A stretch of DNA of 64,000 nucleotides, taken from an uncultured Candidatus Rokubacteria bacterium. GTDB taxonomy: Bacteria; Methylomirabilota; Methylomirabilia; Rokubacteriales; CSP1-6. The stretch covers positions 896,001 to 960,000 of the forward strand of contig CAVYTA010000005.1 of NCBI GenBank assembly GCA_963771355.1, given 5' to 3'. Numbering within the stretch: the first letter of the stretch is position 1; each line of letters opens with the position of its first letter. The notes under the pieces are model-generated. The model was given only the letters and a program-made list of their open reading frames with translations. It did not search any database and was not told where the DNA came from. The position numbers and the translations under genes were made by a program. Below are positions 1 through 9,900 of the stretch, in pieces.

Positions 1-1391
1 CCGAAGATGTAGGTGCCATCTCCCATGCAGGAGATCACGGTCTTGCCCGGCGCGGCAAGCCGGGCCCCGAGCGCGGCGCCCAGCGCCCAGCCGAGGCCGC
101 CCGCCGGTGAGGAGCCGAAGTAGGACCCGGGCACCCGCATGCGCGTTTGCGAGGAGTCGAGATCGTACTCGTTCACGACGATCGTATTGTCGTCGATGCA
201 GTCGGCCACGCAGCGCGAGGCCCAGGCCATGTCGATGGGGGAGTCACCGCTCACCGCGCGGGCGCGGGTGGCGACGGCGTCGCGCTGCTCCACGGCCTCG
301 GCCTCCCACTTCCGGCGCCGCTCGGCGACGACCTTCCCGTCCACGAGCGGCTTCAGCGCGGCGGCCAGCGCGGCCAGGGTGAGCCGCGGGGCGCCGGCGA
401 GGGCGCCGTCGGTGGGGAAGCCGCGCACCGGATAGCGCGAGTAGAGCGGGTCCATCCCGATCTGGATGATGCGCGCCTCGGCCGACGGCGTTCTCAGCGC
501 GGGGAACCACGGCGCGTCCGCCTCGACGACGACCACCGCGTCCGCGGTGGCGAGATGCGGGCCCGCGTCGAAGCCGGCGTGCAGGGGATGGTCCTGAGGG
601 AAGTTGAGATAGGTGCGGGCGGGATCCTCGAAGACGGGGGCGCCGAGGGTCTCCGCGAGCGCGACCAGGGCCGGCACCGCGCGCGGGTCGCGGCCGGCCG
701 CCTTGCTGAGGATGATCGGGTTGCCCGAGTCGGCGAGCAGGCGTGCCGTCGCCGCGATCTCGTCGGGTCCGGCCACGGTGGGGCCGTTCGGCGCCAGGCG
801 CGGCGGATCGGCATACTCGAAGGTCTCGTGCGGCTCGGCCAGCACTTCGCGGGGCAGCGTGAGATAGACGGGCCCCGCGGGCTCGCTGCGCGCGATGGCC
901 AGCGCCCGATCCACCACCGTCTCGAGTTGAAGGAAATTTCGCAGCTCGTAGTCCCACTTGACGAACTCGCGCGCCAGGCCGCCCTGGTCGAAGGCCTCCT
1001 GCGCCCAGTGAATGGGGCGGTCGCGGCTGCCGAGCAGCCCGCTCTCGGTGATGGGCGTGCGCCCCGCGGTGAAGAGGATGGGCACCTGCGATCGCGCGGC
1101 GTTGATGAGGCCACCCAGCGCATTGGCGGCGCCCACGATCACGTGGACCATCACCGCCTGCGGCTTGCCCGAGACCATGGCGTAGCCATGGGCCATGGCG
1201 ACCGCGGGGATCTCGTGCGGCACCGTGATGGGCGTGGGGCAGGCGAGCCCATTGGCCTGGCGGCGGGCATAGGCCTCGATCAGCGGCGCGAAGTCGGTCC
1301 CCGCATTGGCGAAGAGGTAGTCGACCCCGCGCGCGGCGAGGAGCTCGAGATAGGCGTCGGCGGTGCTCTCGATGGTGGCGGTCTTCTTCAT
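1..1391 (-). CDS. Thiamine-diphosphate-dependent enzyme (acetolactate synthase/benzoylformate decarboxylase-like), 3' end beyond window
   Basis: Hand translation: MKKTATIESTADAYLELLAARGVDYLFANAGTDFAPLIEA... and, in the same frame, ThDP-binding VISCMGDGTYIFG at the window edge. ATGA overlap with the upstream gene. Absent from the ORF track because there is no stop in the window. Confidence 0.9.
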   Translation of the reverse strand, partial: MKKTATIESTADAYLELLAARGVDYLFANAGTDFAPLIEAYARRQANGLACPTPITVPHEIPAVAMAHGYAMVSGKPQAVMVHVIVGAANALGGLINAARSQVPILFTAGRTPITESGLLGSRDRPIHWAQEAFDQGGLAREFVKWDYELRNFLQLETVVDRALAIARSEPAGPVYLTLPREVLAEPHETFEYADPPRLAPNGPTVAGPDEIAATARLLADSGNPIILSKAAGRDPRAVPALVALAETLGAPVFEDPARTYLNFPQDHPLHAGFDAGPHLATADAVVVVEADAPWFPALRTPSAEARIIQIGMDPLYSRYPVRGFPTDGALAGAPRLTLAALAAALKPLVDGKVVAERRRKWEAEAVEQRDAVATRARAVSGDSPIDMAWASRCVADCIDDNTIVVNEYDLDSSQTRMRVPGSYFGSSPAGGLGWALGAALGARLAAPGKTVISCMGDGTYIF

Positions 1392-3316
1392 GCTGGGATC
1401 CTCACACGTTTCGGGGAAGTGGCGGCCCACTCGACGAGGAGCATGGATGCTCCCAGGGCGAGGCCGATCGCGTCGGCGGCCAGCTCGGGCAGGCCGGGCA
1501 CGGGGGGCAGGATGAAGAAGAGCGCGGCGGCGGCCGCCCACCCGCGCCGACCCCAGCCCAGCGGCCGGAACAGGTAACCCGCGCAGGCGATGCCGAGCAG
1601 GACGACCCCCATCGACGCGGTGACCACCGCGCCGACGATCTCACCCAGAGGAGCGTGCCCGATGAGGGCCGGGTGATAGACGAAGAGGAACGGCACGATA
1701 TAGGCGACGATGCCCAGCCGCATGCCGGCCCAGCCCGTCTTCCAGAAGTCGGCCTTGGCGATGGCGGCCGCCGCATAGGTGGCGAGGCAGTCCGGCGGCG
1801 TGATGAGAGAGAGCATGCCGAAATAGAAGAGGAAGAGGTGCGCGGCCAGCGGCACGATCCCGAGCTGAGCCAGCGCGGGGCCCACCAGCACGGCGAGGGT
1901 GACGTAGACCACCGTGGTCGGCAGCGACATGCCGAGGACGATGCTCACCAGCGCGGTGAGGACGAGCAGCAGGAACAGATGCCCGCCCGCCATGGAGATC
2001 AGCAGCAGGGGCAGCTTGGAGACGAAGCCGGAGAGCTGGAGCGCGCCGATCACGAGGCCGGCCATGGTGGTGATGGCGACGAGGTCCAGCATGGTGCGCC
2101 CGGTGGACTCGAGGCAGTCGAGCACGCCCGCCCAGGAGGGCCGCGTCTCCTTCTGGAGCATGCCGACGAGGAAGGTCGCGCCCACCGCGAGCATGCCCGC
2201 CTGTCCCGCGTTCCACGACGCGACCATGAGCGTATAGACCAGCACGCCGAGCGGGACCAGGAAGACCCAGCCGCGCCGCATGATGACCCGCAGCCGCGGC
2301 AGGTCGGCGCGGGGCAGCCCCCCGAGCCCGCGCTTGGCCGCCTCGAGGTCCACCTGGACGAACAGCGCCAGGTAGTAGAGCGCGGCGGGAATGGCGGCGG
2401 CGAGCGCGACCTGACCATAGGGGATGGACAGGTACTCGGCGATGAGGAAGGCCGCCGCGCCCATCACCGGCGGCATGATCTGGCCGCCATTGGAGGACAC
2501 CGCCTCGATGGCGGCCGCGAGGTGGGGCGGATAGCCGGCGCGCTTCATCATCGGGATGGTGATGGCACCGTCCACCACCACGTTGGCGACGGCGCTACCC
2601 GAGACGGTGCCGTAGAGGCTCGAGGACACCACCGCCATCTTGGCCGGCCCGCCGCGATAGCGGCCCATCGCCACCAGGGCGAGACCGGTGAGGAACTTGT
2701 CGCCGCCCACCGCGGTGAGCGCCTGGCCGAAGAAGATGTAGGCGACCACGATGCTCGCGGTGACCGCCAGGGGCAGCCCGAAGAGGCCGTTGCTGTCGAG
2801 GTAGAGGTAGACCGCGATGCGGTCCCAGCCAGAGCCCTTGGCATGGAAGAGTCCGGGGAACAGATAGGCGAACTTCGCGTAGAGGATGCAGGCAAGCGCG
2901 ATCCACATGAGCGCCCAGCCCGCCAGGCGCCGCACCGCCTCGAGGACCAGGCCGATGGCGAGCGCGCCCAGCAGCACCTTGTCCCAGGAGGCGATGCCCA
3001 GCGTGTAGGCGATACGCGGGTAGAGGAAGAAGACGTAGAGGCCGGCGGCGAGGCCGCCCGCGGCCAGCAGCCAGTCGTACCAGGGGGCGCGGTGCGAGGG
3101 AGCGCGCGGGCCCGCGCGGGAGGCCAGGAAGACGGGCGCGATCCCGAGCGCGAAGAAGAGGCCGAGGAACTGCTCGTTGAAGAGCGCCCATGGCAGCCAG
3201 TGGTGAAGCCCCAGCGCCCACGCCGCCCCCACCACGGTGAGGACGATGAGCAGCGCGCGCTCGACCCGCCGGGCGACGCCGTCGAGCTGCCGGTACTTCG
3301 GCAGGAGATCGGTCAT
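1388..3316 (-). CDS. TRAP transporter fused 4TM/12TM permease (TAXI type)
   Basis: 642-aa hydrophobic ORF with GTVSGSAVANV, EAVSSNGGQIMPPVMGAAAF and ITPP motifs; next to a TAXI binding protein. Confidence 0.93.
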   Translation of the reverse strand: MTDLLPKYRQLDGVARRVERALLIVLTVVGAAWALGLHHWLPWALFNEQFLGLFFALGIAPVFLASRAGPRAPSHRAPWYDWLLAAGGLAAGLYVFFLYPRIAYTLGIASWDKVLLGALAIGLVLEAVRRLAGWALMWIALACILYAKFAYLFPGLFHAKGSGWDRIAVYLYLDSNGLFGLPLAVTASIVVAYIFFGQALTAVGGDKFLTGLALVAMGRYRGGPAKMAVVSSSLYGTVSGSAVANVVVDGAITIPMMKRAGYPPHLAAAIEAVSSNGGQIMPPVMGAAAFLIAEYLSIPYGQVALAAAIPAALYYLALFVQVDLEAAKRGLGGLPRADLPRLRVIMRRGWVFLVPLGVLVYTLMVASWNAGQAGMLAVGATFLVGMLQKETRPSWAGVLDCLESTGRTMLDLVAITTMAGLVIGALQLSGFVSKLPLLLISMAGGHLFLLLVLTALVSIVLGMSLPTTVVYVTLAVLVGPALAQLGIVPLAAHLFLFYFGMLSLITPPDCLATYAAAAIAKADFWKTGWAGMRLGIVAYIVPFLFVYHPALIGHAPLGEIVGAVVTASMGVVLLGIACAGYLFRPLGWGRRGWAAAAALFFILPPVPGLPELAADAIGLALGASMLLVEWAATSPKRVRIPA

Positions 3317-3319
3317 GCG

Positions 3320-4345
3320 CTACCGGCTGATGTTCATGAGCTTCTGCTGCGCCTGCTCCATGGCGGGGGTCCAGACGCCGCGCTCCTTGTAGAAGCGCAC
3401 CGCGCCCGGGTGATAGGGAATGGTCGCGTCCGGGTCGACCGCCCGCTCGCGCGTCCACTCGTTGAACACGGTGTGGATGGGCTTGAGCTTGTCCACGCCC
3501 TCCCAGATCCCGCGCGCCACCGCCTCCACCACCGCGTCGGGCGCGTTCTTGCCCGCCGCCACGTAGAGGTCGTAGGCGATGACGCAGATGTCCTCGAGGA
3601 CGCCGGTGGCCGTGCCCGCCTTGATCCAGCGCGGGTAGTAACCGGGCACCGCGGCGCGCAGGCGCTTCTCGCCCTCGGGGGAGCAGTCGATCGAGACATG
3701 GCGCACGCCCACCGCCGCGTCGGCTTCCTTCACCTTCGCCCCGTTCAGGGAGAACTCGGTGACGTCGGCGCGCCCCTGCACGAGAGCGTCCACGCCCTCG
3801 TTCACGGCGGGCACGGGCACCACGCGCACGTCGTTCCAGGTGAGCCCGGCGCTGGCGAGATGGCCGAACATGTTGTACCAGACGGCCAGGTGCGCGGGGT
3901 ACTCGCCGGTCATGCGCTTGCCCTTCACGTCGTGCACGCTCTTGATGGGCGAGTCCTTCTTCACCAGGAGCGCGACCAGGAAAGGCGAGCCGCGCATGAC
4001 GAGCCGCACGTTGGGCGCGCTGGGGAAGGGGTTGCGCCCGCCGACCTTGAAGTCCGGCCCGCGATAGGCGAGCGCCATGTCCACCGCGTTGACCACGCCG
4101 AACTCCATCTCCCCGGTGTTCAGCAGCGGGAGGAAGGTGCTCGAGCCGGAGTAGGGCTGGACGACCAGCTTCAGCGGGCCGCCGCCCTCGGCGAGCACCT
4201 TGGCGAGCCCGCTGCCGACCGCATAGAACACCGAGCCCGGCGGGTTGGTGCCGATGGTCACGCTCTGGGCGGCGGCGATGGCCGGCAGCGCGAGCCCCCC
4301 GGCGAGCAGGAGCAGGGAGGCGGCAGCGCGAGCGAATCCCCTCAT
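3320..4345 (-). CDS. TAXI family TRAP solute-binding protein
   Basis: Signal peptide, IGTNPPGSVFY N-terminus, PYHPGAVRFYKE C-terminal motif; AGGAG RBS. Confidence 0.9.
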   Translation of the reverse strand: MRGFARAAASLLLLAGGLALPAIAAAQSVTIGTNPPGSVFYAVGSGLAKVLAEGGGPLKLVVQPYSGSSTFLPLLNTGEMEFGVVNAVDMALAYRGPDFKVGGRNPFPSAPNVRLVMRGSPFLVALLVKKDSPIKSVHDVKGKRMTGEYPAHLAVWYNMFGHLASAGLTWNDVRVVPVPAVNEGVDALVQGRADVTEFSLNGAKVKEADAAVGVRHVSIDCSPEGEKRLRAAVPGYYPRWIKAGTATGVLEDICVIAYDLYVAAGKNAPDAVVEAVARGIWEGVDKLKPIHTVFNEWTRERAVDPDATIPYHPGAVRFYKERGVWTPAMEQAQQKLMNISR

Positions 4346-4422
4346 CGAGATCTCCTCCTTGAGCAGGGTGGGCGCTAACTTAGCGCGCCCCCGCCGCCGG
4401 GCGCAAGGGCGGCGCGGCGCCT

Positions 4423-5226
4423 CTACTTGCCCGTCCAGCGCGGCTTGCGCTTCTCGATGAAGGCGGCCGCGCCCTCGCGGAAGTCCGCGCTGGTGTAGGT
4501 CCGGGCGATGAGGTCGTCGCCGTCGGGGAGGCCGCGATGGTCGCGGATCCGGCGCAGCGATTCCTTGGTGACCTGGAGGGTGATGGGGGCGTGGTCGGCG
4601 ATCTCCAGGGCGATGGCCTTGACGCGGGCCTCGATCTCCTCCGGCGCCACGATCTCGTGGACGTAGCCGGCGGCGAGCGCCTCCTGGGCGGTGAGGAAGC
4701 GGGCCCGGAAGATCACGTCCTTCACGAGGGAGGTTCCGAGCAGATCCACGAAGCGCGCGTAGGCGTCCATGGAGAGGCAGTTGCCGAGGGTGCGTGCGAT
4801 GGGCGCCCCGAACTTGGCGTCGGGGGTGGCGATGCGGATGTCGCAGCAGGCGGTGATGCCGAAGCCGCCACCCACCGCGAAGCCCTGGATCTGCGCGATC
4901 ACGGGCTTCTTCACGCGCTCGAGCCGGGCGGAGCGCGCGGCGCCGTCGCGCTCGTAGGCGAGCCCGTCCTCGGCGGTCTCGAACACCTTGAACTGGCTGA
5001 TGTCGGTGCCGGCGACGAAGGCCTTGCCGCCCGCGCCACGGAGGACGAGGACGCGCACCGAGTCGTCGGCATCCACCTCCTCGCAGACCTGGAGCAGCCG
5101 CTCGTACATGGCCCAGGTCATCGCGTTGCGGGTCTGGGGGCGATTGAACGTCAGCGTCATGATCGGTCCGTCACGAGTGACGAGCGCGTCCGGGGTATTC
5201 ACGGGTGTTTCCAAGGGTGCCTCCAC
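4423..5226 (-). CDS. Enoyl-CoA hydratase/isomerase family protein
   Basis: NRPQTRNAM, AFVAGTDI, GFAVGGG and DFREGAAAF crotonase motifs. Confidence 0.92.
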   Translation of the reverse strand: MEAPLETPVNTPDALVTRDGPIMTLTFNRPQTRNAMTWAMYERLLQVCEEVDADDSVRVLVLRGAGGKAFVAGTDISQFKVFETAEDGLAYERDGAARSARLERVKKPVIAQIQGFAVGGGFGITACCDIRIATPDAKFGAPIARTLGNCLSMDAYARFVDLLGTSLVKDVIFRARFLTAQEALAAGYVHEIVAPEEIEARVKAIALEIADHAPITLQVTKESLRRIRDHRGLPDGDDLIARTYTSADFREGAAAFIEKRKPRWTGK

Positions 5227-5256
5227 GGGTGCCTCCTCGCGGGAATTTGTGGGCGG

Positions 5257-5290
5257 AGGATACCATCCGCTCGAGGAATCGTGCTAGCCT
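5257..5290. promoter_or_regulatory. Divergent promoter region with two extended -10-like boxes
   Basis: Minus-strand TGGTATCCT (5257-5265) ahead of the crotonase gene; plus-strand TGCTAGCCT (5282-5290) 9 nt before the ATG at 5300. Confidence 0.45.
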
Positions 5291-5299
5291 AACCCCCCT

Positions 5300-6583
5300 A
5301 TGGCGGGCGCCCTCGACGGCATTCGCATTGTCGATCAGACCCAGGTGATGGCCGGGCCCTTCGCGAGCATGCTCCTCGCCGACATGGGGGCCGAGGTGAT
5401 CAAGGTGGAGCCGCCCGACGGCGAGCACTCGCGCCATGTCGGGCTGCAGGCCGCGCCGGGCGTCGCCGCCTCGTTTCTCGCCGTCAACCGCGGGAAGAAG
5501 GGGCTCACCCTCGACCTCAAGCAACCCGAGGGCGTGGCGGTGCTCAAGCGCCTGGTCGAGACGGCGGACGTGCTGGTGGAGAACTACCGGCCTGGGGTGG
5601 CGAAGCGGCTCGGCGTGGACTGGGAGACGCTCGCCGCCATCAACCCGCGGCTCATCTACTGCTCCGTCTCCGGCTTCGGCCAGACCGGACCGTACGCCGC
5701 GCGCGGCGGCTACGATCTCATCGCCCAGGGCATGTCGGGCATCATGAGCGCCACCGGCAGCGAGGACGGGCCACCGGTGAAGGTGGGCGTGCCCATCGCC
5801 GATCTGGGCGCCGGCCTCTTCGCCGTGCTGGGCATTCTCTGCGCGCTGCGGGCGCGCCGGCTCACCGGGCGCGGCCAGCAGGTGGACACCTCGCTCTACG
5901 AGGCGGCGCTGGCGCTCTCCGCCTGGGAGGCGACCGAGTACTGGTACACGGGGCAGATCCCCAAGCGGCTCGGCACCGCCCACCGGCTGAACGCGCCCTA
6001 TCAGGCCTTCCGGGCCAGCGACGGGTTCTTCACCGTGGGCGCCTCCAACGAGAAGCTCTGGCCCATGTTCGCGCGCCTGCTGGGGCTCGAGCACCTCACC
6101 CAGGATCCCCGCTTCAAGGGCGTGGGGAGCCGCGTGAAGAACCGGGCCGCGCTCGAGGCCGAGCTCGAAAAGGTGACGAGCACGGAGACGCGCGCCCACT
6201 GGCTGGCCAAGTGCGAGGAAGCGGGCATTCCCGCCGGCCCCATCTATACGGTGCCGGAGGCGCACGCCGATCCGCACGCGCAGGCGCGCCGCATGGTGGA
6301 GACGCTGGAGCACCCGCAGGCGGGCCGGGTGAAGGTGCTGGGCAACCCGGTGAAGCTCTCGCGCTCGCCGGCCGTCCTGCGCTCGGCCGCGCCCGTGCTC
6401 GGCGCCGACACCGACGCCGTGCTGGCCGGCATCGGCTACATCGACTCCGAGATCGCCGCGCTTCGCGCGCGGAAGGTGCTTGGCGAGGTGCAGCCGAAGG
6501 CGAGCCGAGCGGATATGGAAATGCTTCCCGAGCGGAGCGAGGGGGGCGAGGCGCAGCCGAAGGCGAGCCGAGCGGATACATGA
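5300..6583 (+). CDS. Family III CoA-transferase (CaiB/BaiF) with repeat-derived C-terminal tail
   Basis: LADMGAEVIKVEPP, NRGKK, ENYRPG and GYDLIAQ (catalytic Asp). The last ~32 aa (2x QPKASRAD) are encoded by repeat family A. Confidence 0.93.
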   Translation: MAGALDGIRIVDQTQVMAGPFASMLLADMGAEVIKVEPPDGEHSRHVGLQAAPGVAASFLAVNRGKKGLTLDLKQPEGVAVLKRLVETADVLVENYRPGVAKRLGVDWETLAAINPRLIYCSVSGFGQTGPYAARGGYDLIAQGMSGIMSATGSEDGPPVKVGVPIADLGAGLFAVLGILCALRARRLTGRGQQVDTSLYEAALALSAWEATEYWYTGQIPKRLGTAHRLNAPYQAFRASDGFFTVGASNEKLWPMFARLLGLEHLTQDPRFKGVGSRVKNRAALEAELEKVTSTETRAHWLAKCEEAGIPAGPIYTVPEAHADPHAQARRMVETLEHPQAGRVKVLGNPVKLSRSPAVLRSAAPVLGADTDAVLAGIGYIDSEIAALRARKVLGEVQPKASRADMEMLPERSEGGEAQPKASRADT

Positions 6584-6606
6584 TGGGTTCGCGAGCGGAG
6601 CGAGCG
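6483..6606 (+). repeat. Repeat family A, two imperfect copies with 63-bp period
   Basis: GCGAGG(T/C)GCAGCCGAAGGCGAGCCGAGCGGATA at 6483 and 6546, each followed by a variable linker and C(C/G)CGAGCGGAGCGAG(G/C)G. Confidence 0.9.
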
Positions 6607-6623
6607 CAGTTGTTCGGACGCGC

Positions 6624-7187
6624 ATGATCCGCTCGGTGCCCGGCCGCACGCCCACGGTGCATCCCGGCGCCTTCGTGGACATCGCGGCCCAGGTGATCGG
6701 CGACGTGACCATCGAGGAGGGCGCCAGCGTGTGGCCCTTCAGCATCCTGCGCGGCGACCAGGACAACTACGTGCGCCTGGGGCGTAACTCCAACGTGCAG
6801 GACAACTCCGTGCTCCACGTCACGCCCGAGTTCCCGTGCATCGTGGGCGCGGGCGTGACCATCGGCCACCGCTGCGTGGTGCACGCCTGCACCATCATGG
6901 ACAACGTGCGCATCGGCATCGGGGCGGTGGTGCTCACCGGTGCGGTGGTGGAGGAGTACGCGCAGGTCGGCGCGGGCGCCCTGGTGCCGCAGGGCAAGGT
7001 GGTCCCCGCGGGCTGGCTGGTCATGGGCGTGCCCGCCAAGCCCGTCCGCAAGATGTCGGACGACGAGCTCGAGGACATCCGCCGCAACGCCACCGACTAC
7101 CTCGACCTCTGGCATCGCGACTACCGAGGCACGTGGGACACCAGGGACCAGCAACCGACGAGAGGTGGCAGTGGCTTGGCGAGGTAA
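6624..7187 (+). CDS. Gamma carbonic anhydrase family (YrdA/PaaY/CaiE-like) protein
   Basis: Hexapeptide repeats, LRGD, SNVQDNSVLH and IGHRCVVH (three His ligands). Start placed at ATG 6624. Confidence 0.9.
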   Translation: MIRSVPGRTPTVHPGAFVDIAAQVIGDVTIEEGASVWPFSILRGDQDNYVRLGRNSNVQDNSVLHVTPEFPCIVGAGVTIGHRCVVHACTIMDNVRIGIGAVVLTGAVVEEYAQVGAGALVPQGKVVPAGWLVMGVPAKPVRKMSDDELEDIRRNATDYLDLWHRDYRGTWDTRDQQPTRGGSGLAR

Positions 7188-7218
7188 GCCGCGTCGAGCG
7201 GCGAGCCGAGCGGATACA
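7179..7218 (+). repeat. Repeat family A variant copy
   Basis: GCGAGGTAA-GCCGC-GTCGA-GCGGC-GAGCCGAGCGGATACA; the inner GCC-GAA-GGC hairpin is replaced by a longer one. Contains the upstream gene's TAA. Confidence 0.75.
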
Positions 7219-7241
7219 TAATCAAGGGCGATAGAAATCAC

Positions 7242-8459
7242 ATGAAACCATTGAGCGGCACGCGCGTCATCGACTTCACTCAGGCCATGGCGGCGCCCTA
7301 TTGCACGATGAACCTGGCCGACATGGGCGCGGACGTGATCAAGCTCGAGCCGCCGGGCGAAGGCGAGCCCACGCGCCAGCTCGGCTCCGCCCACAAGCGA
7401 GGCCACAGCGCGACCTTCATGACCATGAACCGCGGCAAGCGCGGCCTGGCGGTGGACCTCAAGCAGCCCGAGGGCGTGGAGATCGTCAAGCGGCTGACGA
7501 AGACCGCCGACGTGTTCGTCCAGAACTACCGCCCCGGCGTGGCCGAGCGGCTCGGGCTGGGCTGGGACGCGCTATCCCGGGTGAACCCGCGGCTGGTGTA
7601 CTGCGCGGTGTCCGGCTTCGGCGGCACCGGCCCCTACGCGCCCCGCGGCGGCTACGACCTCATCGCGCAGGGCATGTCGGGCATCATGAGCGTGACCGGC
7701 GACGAGGACGGCGCCCCCGCGAAATCCGGCGTGCCGCTCTCCGATCTCTCGGCGGGGCTCTTCTCCGCCTACGGGATCCTCTGCGCATTGGAGCATCGCG
7801 ACCGCACCGGCGAGGGCCAGCTCGTGGACACCTCGCTCCTGGAGGCGGCCATGGCGCTGACCATCTGGGAATCGGCCGAGTACTGGGTGACGGGCGAGGC
7901 GCCACGCGCGCTGGGCTCCGCCCATCGCCTCTCCGCGCCCTACCAGGCGCTGCGCGCCGCCGACGGCTACTTCACGGTGGGCGCCAATAATGACCGGCTC
8001 TTCGAGGGGCTCTGCCGCGCCATCGGCCGGTCCGATCTCGCCGCGGACACGCGCTTCGCCGCCGGCAAGACGAGGCAGGAGAACCGGAAGACGCTCATCG
8101 CCGAGCTCGAGCGCACCACCGCCACCGAGGGGCGCGCCTTCTGGCTGGAGCGCCTCGACAAGGAAGGCGTCCCCGCGGGACCCATCAATAACTACGCCGA
8201 GGCCCTCGCCGACCCGCACACGCTGGCGCGGAAGATGGTGGTGGACCTGGTGCACCCGGGGGCGGGCCCCATCAAGGCGCTCGGCGTGCCGGTGAAGCTC
8301 TCGGAGACGCCGGGAGCGGTCGATCGCGCGGCGCCGCTCCTCGGCCAGCACACCGAGGAGATCCTGGTCGAGCTGGGCTATTCCGAGACCGAGCGCCGCG
8401 CGCTCGAGGCCAAGGACATCATTCAACGCTGGCCGAAGCCAGGAGGAACGGCTCCATGA
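7242..8459 (+). CDS. Family III CoA-transferase (CaiB/BaiF), paralogue
   Basis: LADMGADVIKLEPP, NRGKR, QNYRPG, GYDLIAQ. Confidence 0.93.
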   Translation: MKPLSGTRVIDFTQAMAAPYCTMNLADMGADVIKLEPPGEGEPTRQLGSAHKRGHSATFMTMNRGKRGLAVDLKQPEGVEIVKRLTKTADVFVQNYRPGVAERLGLGWDALSRVNPRLVYCAVSGFGGTGPYAPRGGYDLIAQGMSGIMSVTGDEDGAPAKSGVPLSDLSAGLFSAYGILCALEHRDRTGEGQLVDTSLLEAAMALTIWESAEYWVTGEAPRALGSAHRLSAPYQALRAADGYFTVGANNDRLFEGLCRAIGRSDLAADTRFAAGKTRQENRKTLIAELERTTATEGRAFWLERLDKEGVPAGPINNYAEALADPHTLARKMVVDLVHPGAGPIKALGVPVKLSETPGAVDRAAPLLGQHTEEILVELGYSETERRALEAKDIIQRWPKPGGTAP

Positions 8460-9439
8460 AGACCCGTACGCTCGCCCTGCTATGCACCCTCGCCGTGCTC
8501 GTCCCCGGGCTCGCCGCTCTCGCGCTCGCCCAGGCCAAGTACCCGTCGAAGACCATCGAGGTGGTCGTGCCCTTCGCGCCCGGCGGCGGCACCGATAACC
8601 TCATGCGGATGATCACCGGCATCATCGAGGAGAACAAGTGGTCGCCGGTCGCGATGAACGTCAACAACCGCACCGGCGGCAGCGGCGCCGTCGGCTACTC
8701 CTACCTGATCGGCAAGAAGGGTGACTCCCACGTGGTGGCAGGCGCCACGCCCATGGTCGTGTCCGGGAAGCTGGAAGGGCGTCTCCCCGGCGATCACCAT
8801 GACGTCATGACGATCCTCATGATCGTGGCCATCGACGACCTCATGCTCTCGGTGCGGACGGAATCGCCCTTCAAGACGGTCGACGACTTCGTCAAGGCCG
8901 CGCGCGAGAAGCCGGGCGTGCTCACCGTCGGCGGCACCGGGACCAATACCGAGGACCACATCTTCCACTACCTCTTCGAGCAGGCGGCCAAGATCAAGGT
9001 GAAGTACGTGCCCTTCAACTCGGGCGGTGAGGTGACCACCGCGCTGATGGGCGGGCACATCGACGCCGCGGTGGAGAACCCCAACGAGATCGTGGCGCAG
9101 GTCGAGGCCAAGAAGGCGCGCAATCTCGCGGTGGCTTCCCGCAAGCGGCTCACCGACGCGCCCGACGTGCCCACCTTCGCGGAGCGGGGCTACGAGTTCT
9201 TCTGGGAGCAGATGCGCGGCGTGGTGGGGCCGGCGGGCATGAGCCCCGAGGCCGTGAAGTGGTGGCAGGACACGCTCAAGAAGGTGACCGAAAACAAGAA
9301 GTGGCAGGAGTCGTACATCAAGCGCAATCTCCTGACCCCCACCGCGTGGTCGGGGGATGAAGCCAACAAGTATCTCGACGGACTCACCGCCAAGTACGAG
9401 AAGGCGCTCGGGGACCTGGGCGCGCTGAAGAAGAAGTAG
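8456..9439 (+). CDS. tctC: Tripartite tricarboxylate transporter substrate-binding protein
   Basis: Signal peptide, YPSKTIEVVVPFAPGGGTD, DVPTFAE. Confidence 0.92.
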   Translation: MKTRTLALLCTLAVLVPGLAALALAQAKYPSKTIEVVVPFAPGGGTDNLMRMITGIIEENKWSPVAMNVNNRTGGSGAVGYSYLIGKKGDSHVVAGATPMVVSGKLEGRLPGDHHDVMTILMIVAIDDLMLSVRTESPFKTVDDFVKAAREKPGVLTVGGTGTNTEDHIFHYLFEQAAKIKVKYVPFNSGGEVTTALMGGHIDAAVENPNEIVAQVEAKKARNLAVASRKRLTDAPDVPTFAERGYEFFWEQMRGVVGPAGMSPEAVKWWQDTLKKVTENKKWQESYIKRNLLTPTAWSGDEANKYLDGLTAKYEKALGDLGALKKK

Positions 9440-9444
9440 CGCGC

Positions 9445-9900
9445 GTGCGGCGCGCGGACCAGATCGCCGGGGCCGGGCTGCTCCTGCTCGGGGTGGCTTT
9501 CTCGGGGATGGCTGTCTGGAAGTACACGTACTGGGGGCCCACCGGTCCCGGCTCGGGCTTCCTGCCCTTCTGGCTGGGGCTCACCATGGCGGTGCTCGCC
9601 GCCGGGCTCCTGCTCGGGACCCGGCGCGCCCGCGAGCCCGGCGCCCGCTGGCTCCCGGAAGGCGCCGGGCTGCGCCGCCTGGCGATCGTGCTCGGCGTGA
9701 CGGCGGGACTGGTCGCGCTGCTCAAGGTCGTCGGGATGGCGGTGGGGACCGTGCTCTTCCTGGTCGTGATCCTCCGGATGGTGGAGGGGATGGCGTGGCG
9801 GACCGTGCTCGCCATTTCCCTCGGGGCGGCCGCGTTCAACTATCTCGTCTTCACCTACTGGCTGCGCGTCCCGTTCCCGGTCGGCGTCCTGGGCTTCTGA
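9445..9900 (+). CDS. tctB: Tripartite tricarboxylate transporter small membrane subunit
   Basis: Small hydrophobic protein with GPGSGFLP and LRVPFP, lying between tctC and tctA. Confidence 0.88.
   Translation: MRRADQIAGAGLLLLGVAFSGMAVWKYTYWGPTGPGSGFLPFWLGLTMAVLAAGLLLGTRRAREPGARWLPEGAGLRRLAIVLGVTAGLVALLKVVGMAVGTVLFLVVILRMVEGMAWRTVLAISLGAAAFNYLVFTYWLRVPFPVGVLGF

Noticed and set aside
6483..6606. Possible mini-CRISPR (repeat-spacer-repeat)
   Set aside because: Only two units; the supposed spacers are short and partly conserved (hairpin 2), so this is repeat family A.
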